35,219 nt of DNA from Nitrospinaceae bacterium (GTDB taxonomy: Bacteria > Nitrospinota > Nitrospinia > Nitrospinales > VA-1). The first letter of the stretch is position 1, and each line of letters begins with the position of its first letter. The notes under the pieces are model-generated. The model was given only the letters and a program-made list of their open reading frames with translations. It did no database searches and was not told the origin of the DNA. The translations under genes and the position numbers were made by a program. Positions 29,414 through 35,219 of this stretch are shown piece by piece. The DNA lies in the NCBI GenBank assembly GCA_029261435.1, contig JAJDBI010000105.1, positions 1 through 35,219 of the forward strand. The letters are read 5' to 3'.

Positions 29414-31684
29414 TTAAAATGCACTTCCTGCCGAGAAATGAAATTCTGCCGCCTCTTCACCCGTTTCCTTATCCAGTTTAACTCCATAGGCAAAACCCAA
29501 TGGACCAAAAGGACTGATAAAGCGAATACCCGCACCTACACTGCTACGCATTTCTCCCAAGTCAAAAGTTTTCGCCGTGGTACTGGTATTAGCTCCACTA
29601 CCATATACATTTCCACGGTCATAAAACAGAAACCCACGAAAAGATTTGGTGAAGGGGTACTGCACTTCTAAATTAAGAAGTAGTGATTGGCTACCCCCTA
29701 CAGGATCACCATCACTATCTTTTGGCCCGACGTCTTGAATTGTAAAACCACGCAGAGAAGTCGGCCCTCCCATGAAGTATCTTTCAAAACCCGGAAGATC
29801 CTCTCCACCATATCCCTCGGCATAATTAACCCGGGCATGCACCGCACCAACAATCTTGCCCACCAGAGGGTGGTAATACGTCACTTCATAAACAGATTTA
29901 GTGAATTTAGCGCCACCCAGTCCGGCAAATTCAAATCCTAACACATGCCTCCATCCCTTGGAAGGATTTAAAAAATTGTCTCTCGAGTCGTGAATGAAGG
30001 TGGGTGCCACTCTGCTGGTCACACGAGTCTCGTTTTTAAAAAACTCCGTTTCATCGGCAGCACTCAAGCCCGTCACTTCTACATTATCAAAACGATATCT
30101 AAAGTTAACCGAATCATACTCAGAAATATTTTTACCCAAACGAAAACCGCCTCCGGTTGACTGGGAATCGAAGCTGAGAAAATCCTGATCCTGGTTAAAC
30201 GCATCGATTCCTAGTAGTATTTCGGAATCAAACAAACGCGGCTCGGTAAAGCTTACGTTGAAGTCCGTTCGAATGGAAGACAGCTGAGCATTCAAGCTCA
30301 ACCTTTGACCATTTCCCAACAGATTGTTCTGAGTGATCGAGGTGGTAAAAATCAAATTCTCAACCGAACTGAAACCCGCCCCGACTGAGAACGACCCAGA
30401 CGGTTTTTCAGTCACTGTCGTGAGAATGTCAATGAGGTCAGGGTCTTGTCCTCTATGGGTATCGATTTTAACATCTTCAAAAAAATTGAGGTTGTTGAGT
30501 CGCTGTTTGCTCCTCTTCAACTTGGAACTGTCAAACAACTCACCTTCTTTCAATCTAAATTCGCGGCGGATGACATTGTCCCGGGTTTTTAGATTTCCCA
30601 GAACCTCAATGCTGCCAACATAAACCTTTTTGCCTTTATCAACTTCAATTGACAATTCAACAGTACGGTCTTCATCGTTTAACTTGGAAACAGGGTTTGC
30701 GTCAGCGTAGGCATAACCCTTTTTAGAATATAAATCGGCAATTGTTAAAATATCCTGACGAAGCTGGGATACGTTGTAGACAGTACCAACCTTGGTCTGT
30801 ATGCTTTTTTGAATTTCATCTGCAGAGACAGCGTCATCACTATTCAACTTCAAACTCTTCACCCTGAACTGCGGGCCTTCCTCAACCGGAACAGTGATAT
30901 GAACTTCTCTCGCCTTTTTGTTGATATCAATACGAGGCTCTAACACCTTGACTCTGAGATAACCGTTATCGTGGTAAAAACCTTCTATCCGGAATAAATC
31001 CAGTTTTAAAATATCTTTCTGGTATACGCCAGAATCATCCAAAAAGGAATACCAGGTTTTTTCCTGGGTTTCCATCTGCTCCTGCAGTTTTTTATCAGGA
31101 AAGGCTTTATTTCCCGAAAAACGAATTTTTTCAATCTTTACTTTTTCCCCTTCCTTGACCCTGATCGAAATGCTAACAAGATTATCCTGGCCGGACTTAG
31201 TATCAATGTTGACTTGAGCGAAAAAGTACCCCTTCTCGCGATAGAGCTTGAGAATTTCCTCGTTGCTCTCCAGAATCAAATGGTCATTAAATGTCGCCCC
31301 TCGCTTGAGTCCGATTTTTTCCCGGATATCATTGGCATCAACCTTGTCATTACCCACAATTTCGACATCCCCGATGGAGGGGATTTCTTCAACAATAAAT
31401 TCAATTTCCAGCCCCTTCAATGTCTCCCGTGTTTCAACACGGATGTCCTTGAATTGCCCCAAGCTATATATTTGTTCAATATCCTCACGGATTTGTTTTT
31501 TGGAAAGCACCGTGCCGGGCTTGGATTTGATGTAATAGAGAATCGTCGACTCATCAATCCGCTTATTTCCTTCCACCTTCACGGACTGGATATCTTCACC
31601 TTCTTGAGCAGACGCAAGGGGAACCAGAGCAAGGAGAGCAAAACCAATAAGAGCCGCAAAAAAAATGTGGGCTTTTTTCACCAT
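29414..31684 (-). CDS. bamA: outer-membrane protein assembly factor BamA
   Basis: Signal peptide (ALLALVPLASAQEG), five POTRA-like repeats, and a C-terminal Omp85 barrel ending ...EFHFSAGSAF. 756 aa. Confidence 0.93.
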   Translation of the reverse strand: MVKKAHIFFAALIGFALLALVPLASAQEGEDIQSVKVEGNKRIDESTILYYIKSKPGTVLSKKQIREDIEQIYSLGQFKDIRVETRETLKGLEIEFIVEEIPSIGDVEIVGNDKVDANDIREKIGLKRGATFNDHLILESNEEILKLYREKGYFFAQVNIDTKSGQDNLVSISIRVKEGEKVKIEKIRFSGNKAFPDKKLQEQMETQEKTWYSFLDDSGVYQKDILKLDLFRIEGFYHDNGYLRVKVLEPRIDINKKAREVHITVPVEEGPQFRVKSLKLNSDDAVSADEIQKSIQTKVGTVYNVSQLRQDILTIADLYSKKGYAYADANPVSKLNDEDRTVELSIEVDKGKKVYVGSIEVLGNLKTRDNVIRREFRLKEGELFDSSKLKRSKQRLNNLNFFEDVKIDTHRGQDPDLIDILTTVTEKPSGSFSVGAGFSSVENLIFTTSITQNNLLGNGQRLSLNAQLSSIRTDFNVSFTEPRLFDSEILLGIDAFNQDQDFLSFDSQSTGGGFRLGKNISEYDSVNFRYRFDNVEVTGLSAADETEFFKNETRVTSRVAPTFIHDSRDNFLNPSKGWRHVLGFEFAGLGGAKFTKSVYEVTYYHPLVGKIVGAVHARVNYAEGYGGEDLPGFERYFMGGPTSLRGFTIQDVGPKDSDGDPVGGSQSLLLNLEVQYPFTKSFRGFLFYDRGNVYGSGANTSTTAKTFDLGEMRSSVGAGIRFISPFGPLGFAYGVKLDKETGEEAAEFHFSAGSAF

Positions 31685-31843
31685 TTGACCAGAACTATCT
31701 GAATTTTTTCGAGTTATCAGGGTAAAACCTCACCTGGCATTTCCAGGCAAAAAAAAGTATCAAGCCTCAGCAGTATAACCCACTGAAACTTAATACTTTA
31801 AATATTTTTAATCATCATCGCTTCCGCTTAAGCGAAGAAAAAT

Positions 31844-34276
31844 TTATCCGCCAACGTTAACAGCTCCAGACTTTTCAACAAATACCAGACTGTCATCCTG
31901 CAGGCTTACCTCAATGAGTCCACCATTTGTGAATCGACCCTTGAGCATTTCATCGGATAGAACATCTTCCAAATGTTTTTGGATCGCTCGCTTCAAAGGT
32001 CGGGCACCAAAATTAGCGTCGAAGCCTTTTTCAGCCAACCATCTTTTCGCACTAGGTGTCACATCAATGGTCAACCCCTGCTGGATCAACTGCTCGTTGA
32101 GAGCGTTCAACTGAACATCAAGAATCTCGACGATATTATCCAATTCCAGAGGACGAAATACCACTGTCTCGCTCAAGCGGTTGAGAAACTCAGGGTTGAA
32201 GGTCTTTTTCAAGTCCTGCTTCAGTTCCTTTTGCATCTTGTCGTAGTTCAGCTCATCGTCATCCTTGTGAAACCCAAGACTGGTTCCTTTTTCCAGCATC
32301 CGGGAACTGATGTTGGAGGTCAAGATCACAACCGTATTCTTGAAATCCACCACCCGACCATAACTATCTGTCAATCGACCATCATCCATAATCTGCAGAA
32401 GGAGATGATAGATATCCGCATTAGCTTTTTCGATCTCGTCAAAAAGAACTACCGAATAAGGTTTGCGACGTACTTTTTCTGTCAACTGGCCGCCTTCCTC
32501 ATATCCGACATATCCTGGAGGTGCACCGGTAAGACGAGACACATTGAATTTCTCCATATACTCTGACATATCCAGTCGGATGAGTGCATCCTCATTGCCA
32601 AAAAGGAATTCAGCCAAAACCTTTGCCAACTCCGTTTTACCAACACCTGTCGGCCCCAGAAATAGAAAGCTGCCAATCGGTCTTTTCATATCTTTCAAAC
32701 CAGAGCGAGACCGGCGAATCGCCTTGGTCAACACTTTGATAGCCTCGCCCTGACCAACCACTTTACCAGCCAGTTCATTTTCCATGTCAATAAGACGCGC
32801 GCTTTCCTTCTCTTCAATTCGGGAGAGCGGTATTCCGGTCATACTGGAAACAACATCGGCAATATCATCTTCTGTGATACTCGGCTCAGAGACATCGCGG
32901 CCCTTATCCCAGTCTGCTTTCACCACATCCAACTTATCGCGCAACTCTTCTTCTTTGTCGCGTAATTCAACCGCTTTTTCAAACTCCTGATTTTCGATAC
33001 AGACTTTCTTATCACGAATGACTACGTCTATATCGCGCTGAATTTCTTTCATCTCAGGAGATTGAGTGATCTCACGCAGACGCACTCTGGACCCCGCCTC
33101 ATCAATAACGTCAATAGCTTTATCGGGGAGAAACCGGTCACTGATGTATCGCTCGGAAAACCGAACTGCAGTAACAATCGCTTCGTCCGAGATTTTGGCC
33201 CTGTGATGCAATTCATACGGAACCTTCAACCCTTTAATGATCTCAATTGTTTCTTCCACTGATGGTGGATTCACAATGATGGGCTGAAAACGTCTTTCCA
33301 ATGCGCCGTTCTTCTCAATGTATTTGCGGTACTCTTCCAAAGTGGTAGCACCAATGCATTGGATTTCACCACGAGAAAGAGCTGGCTTGAGCATATTGGA
33401 GGCATCCACCGAACCTTCGGCAGCTCCTGCTCCTACCAGGGTGTGTAACTCGTCAACAAACAAAATGACACTGTCATTCTGAATGATTTCTTTCATAATG
33501 CCTTTGAGGCGGGCTTCAAACTGACCGCGATACTTGGTGCCTGCAATCAGGGAACCTAAATCCAGCGAGACCACACGCTTCTCAAAAAGAGTATCCGGAA
33601 CTTCTCGTTCTGCTATAAGTTGAGCCAGTCCTTCGACGATCGCGGTTTTACCAACACCCGGCTCACCAATCAATACAGGATTATTTTTGGTACGACGACT
33701 GAGAATCTGAATCACTCGCTCGATTTCCTTGGCTCGGCCGATGACAGGATCCAGCTTTCCGTCAATCGCCATTTTCGTCAAGTCACGACTGAATTCATCC
33801 AAAGTCGGCGTTTTGCCCACTTCCCGGTTGCTCTCGGTAGGTTCTTTGAACATTTCCACAATTTTTTCTCGGACATCATCAAAGAACATACCGAAACTAT
33901 TCAGAACCCGGCAGGCGACGCCTTCCTTCTCCTTCAAAAGACCTAGAAGAAGGTGCTCGGTGCCAATATAGTTATGATTCAAGGCTCGCGCTTCCTCGAC
34001 CGCGAATTCCAATACTTTCTTGGCTCGGGAGGTAAAAGGGATATCCCCAATAATCAATGAATTTGAACTGCGAGGCAGGTTCTTTTCCAACTCCTTTTTC
34101 AATTGAGTCAGATCCACTCCGCTTTTTTGAACAATGGCAACAGCAATGCCCCCACCGTCTTTGATAACGCCCTGCAAAATATGTTCTGTTCCTAAATATT
34201 CGTGGCGATAAAGTTCAGCGTCCTCGCGTGCAAGGATTATGACTCTACGCGCCCTCTCTGTGAATCGCTTAAACAT
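31844..34276 (-). CDS. clpC: ATP-dependent Clp protease ATP-binding subunit, ClpC type
   Basis: Two Clp_N repeats ([10 protein letters not shown] / [10 protein letters not shown]), Walker A GEPGVGKT and GPTGVGKT, and a short M-domain with a UVR-like motif ([19 protein letters not shown]). 810 aa. Confidence 0.9.
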   Translation of the reverse strand: MFKRFTERARRVIILAREDAELYRHEYLGTEHILQGVIKDGGGIAVAIVQKSGVDLTQLKKELEKNLPRSSNSLIIGDIPFTSRAKKVLEFAVEEARALNHNYIGTEHLLLGLLKEKEGVACRVLNSFGMFFDDVREKIVEMFKEPTESNREVGKTPTLDEFSRDLTKMAIDGKLDPVIGRAKEIERVIQILSRRTKNNPVLIGEPGVGKTAIVEGLAQLIAEREVPDTLFEKRVVSLDLGSLIAGTKYRGQFEARLKGIMKEIIQNDSVILFVDELHTLVGAGAAEGSVDASNMLKPALSRGEIQCIGATTLEEYRKYIEKNGALERRFQPIIVNPPSVEETIEIIKGLKVPYELHHRAKISDEAIVTAVRFSERYISDRFLPDKAIDVIDEAGSRVRLREITQSPEMKEIQRDIDVVIRDKKVCIENQEFEKAVELRDKEEELRDKLDVVKADWDKGRDVSEPSITEDDIADVVSSMTGIPLSRIEEKESARLIDMENELAGKVVGQGEAIKVLTKAIRRSRSGLKDMKRPIGSFLFLGPTGVGKTELAKVLAEFLFGNEDALIRLDMSEYMEKFNVSRLTGAPPGYVGYEEGGQLTEKVRRKPYSVVLFDEIEKANADIYHLLLQIMDDGRLTDSYGRVVDFKNTVVILTSNISSRMLEKGTSLGFHKDDDELNYDKMQKELKQDLKKTFNPEFLNRLSETVVFRPLELDNIVEILDVQLNALNEQLIQQGLTIDVTPSAKRWLAEKGFDANFGARPLKRAIQKHLEDVLSDEMLKGRFTNGGLIEVSLQDDSLVFVEKSGAVNVGG

Positions 34277-34631
34277 GATTCAACTTGCCTCAAAAATAGC
34301 GGATTTATAATCTGAAAAGAGGCCCACAGTATTAAAAGCTGCAGGGCAACATCCCTTTGTCTTATTCGGGTGAACTTCTCTATTATCTTAACAAATGATG
34401 TCAACTATATAAAGGGTTTATTTCCCCCCACCCCTAATCCACCAAAACCTTTTCTTTCATACCTTTACCCTGACATTCTGCAACGCTCCAGACAAGTAAA
34501 TCCTGATCTGTCGAGTGTTTTCTTATCGGCTGAATTTTAAAAGGACTTGAAACCTGATTTGAGCACGTAGGAAGGCCGGGCCACACCCGGTGAAAATAAG
34601 CTGTATTTACGAATTGCCCTGGCAAAGCAGA

Positions 34632-35219
34632 TTAACTGTATCCCGCATCCTTATGAAAACAGATCGCCGCCGCAGTCGTGCTGGGGGGATAAAACTCGTC
34701 CCCTGAGGTCAAGGTCACGCCAATATCTTCAGCCCCGAGAAGCTCCCAGATAACACGATTGTAAGTCAGGTCGGTTATGGCCGGGTAACCCGGGCTGTAG
34801 CGTTGGCCTCGGTTATCTTTTTTCGCTCCAACCCGCTGGCGAAGCAGTTGGTGGATGTACTCTGCCAGGTCTTCAGCCACGCGGTCGCTCAAACCCTGAA
34901 GGTACAAAGCCGACTCACTGTCATTCTGCTCCTTGAATTCTTCAACACCCGTTTCAACTTTGTCACCTGCGGTTGATATCTGCAATCCGATCACATCCCA
35001 CTGCCCCGATGCTTTGGTGTGAAAATACTGCCCGACCGAAAAGATATCTTTTCTTCCCTTTCCAATGCAGACATCAAACCGGAGTCGAGCTAATTCTTTA
35101 TCCCGATCCTTAGGATCATAAACAATGACCTCGTCACCATCCGATTGTGCCGGGAAAAGCCCAAACCGAGCTTTAGGAATAATCCATCCATTGTCTTCGG
35201 CTTTTTCTACCCAGGTTTT
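34632..35219 (-). CDS. metH: methionine synthase (cobalamin-dependent), C-terminal activation domain; the 5' part lies beyond the window
   Basis: My hand translation shows the frame stays open from 34994 to the window edge (KTWVEKAEDNGWIIPKARFGLFPAQSDGDEVIVYDPKD...). YSPGYPAITDLTYNRVIWELL...PPSTTAAAICFH matches the MetH AdoMet-binding module. The GTG at 34994 in the ORF track is internal. Confidence 0.8.
   Translation of the reverse strand, partial: KTWVEKAEDNGWIIPKARFGLFPAQSDGDEVIVYDPKDRDKELARLRFDVCIGKGRKDIFSVGQYFHTKASGQWDVIGLQISTAGDKVETGVEEFKEQNDSESALYLQGLSDRVAEDLAEYIHQLLRQRVGAKKDNRGQRYSPGYPAITDLTYNRVIWELLGAEDIGVTLTSGDEFYPPSTTAAAICFHKDAGYS

Noticed and set aside
31214-31702. 162-aa ORF antisense to the 5' part of bamA
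   Set aside because: It is in codon register with bamA (same residue mod 3). There is no independent signal.
31733-31750. Plus-strand TGGCATTTCCAGGCAA resembling a sigma-54 promoter, and also a 5-bp hairpin followed by an A-run
   Set aside because: The GG-to-GC spacing is one nt short, and no plus-strand gene lies downstream. The hairpin followed by an A-run is in the wrong orientation to terminate either strand.
31973-32566. 197-aa ORF antisense to clpC, with similar ones at 33620-33946 and 32463-32753
   Set aside because: The 31973 ORF is again in codon register with clpC. None has a recognisable motif or RBS, and all are embedded in a conserved AAA+ gene.
34434-34625. 63-aa minus-strand ORF in the metH-clpC spacer
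   Set aside because: It has no RBS and an odd composition (W/C/P-rich), and it overlaps the candidate clpC promoter region. I treat it as non-coding.

Overview
This 35.2-kb window looks like core chromosome from a diderm (Gram-negative-type) bacterium with moderate G+C. I cannot name the organism without a database search. Nearly all of it is densely packed housekeeping genes, many with 1-4 nt start/stop overlaps.

Gene content from left to right:
- def (5'-truncated by the window edge), fmt, a UDP-glucuronate decarboxylase, and radC.
- An ADP-heptose block: gmhA and hldE, convergent with hldD.
- A minus-strand trio of unknown function: MBL-fold hydrolase, DUF898/YjgN-type polytopic membrane protein, M48 metalloprotease.
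- A translationally coupled ApgM-like gene, lysC and cimA.
- A very AT-rich islet with a PAS-LuxR regulator and about 600 bp of non-coding DNA.
- An orphan 921-aa chemoreceptor with tandem PAS domains.
- The nitrogen-control cluster glnB-glnA-glnE.
- An envelope super-cluster: bamA, skp, fabZ, lpxA, a Gfo/Idh/MocA oxidoreductase, lpxI, lpxB and a DUF374 gene.
- clpC, then the 3' end of metH running off the right edge.

I found no rRNA or tRNA genes, CRISPR arrays, transposases, integrases or recognisable riboswitches.

Nothing resembles a known defence or mobile system. The best candidates for undescribed biology are:
1. An ApgM-like protein that appears to have lost essentially all metal-ligand and nucleophile residues, yet is translationally coupled to aspartokinase.
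2. The MBL / DUF898 / M48 membrane module.
3. The AT-rich PAS-LuxR plus chemoreceptor islet.

All functional calls come from reading the translated ORFs and motifs by eye. No searches were run.
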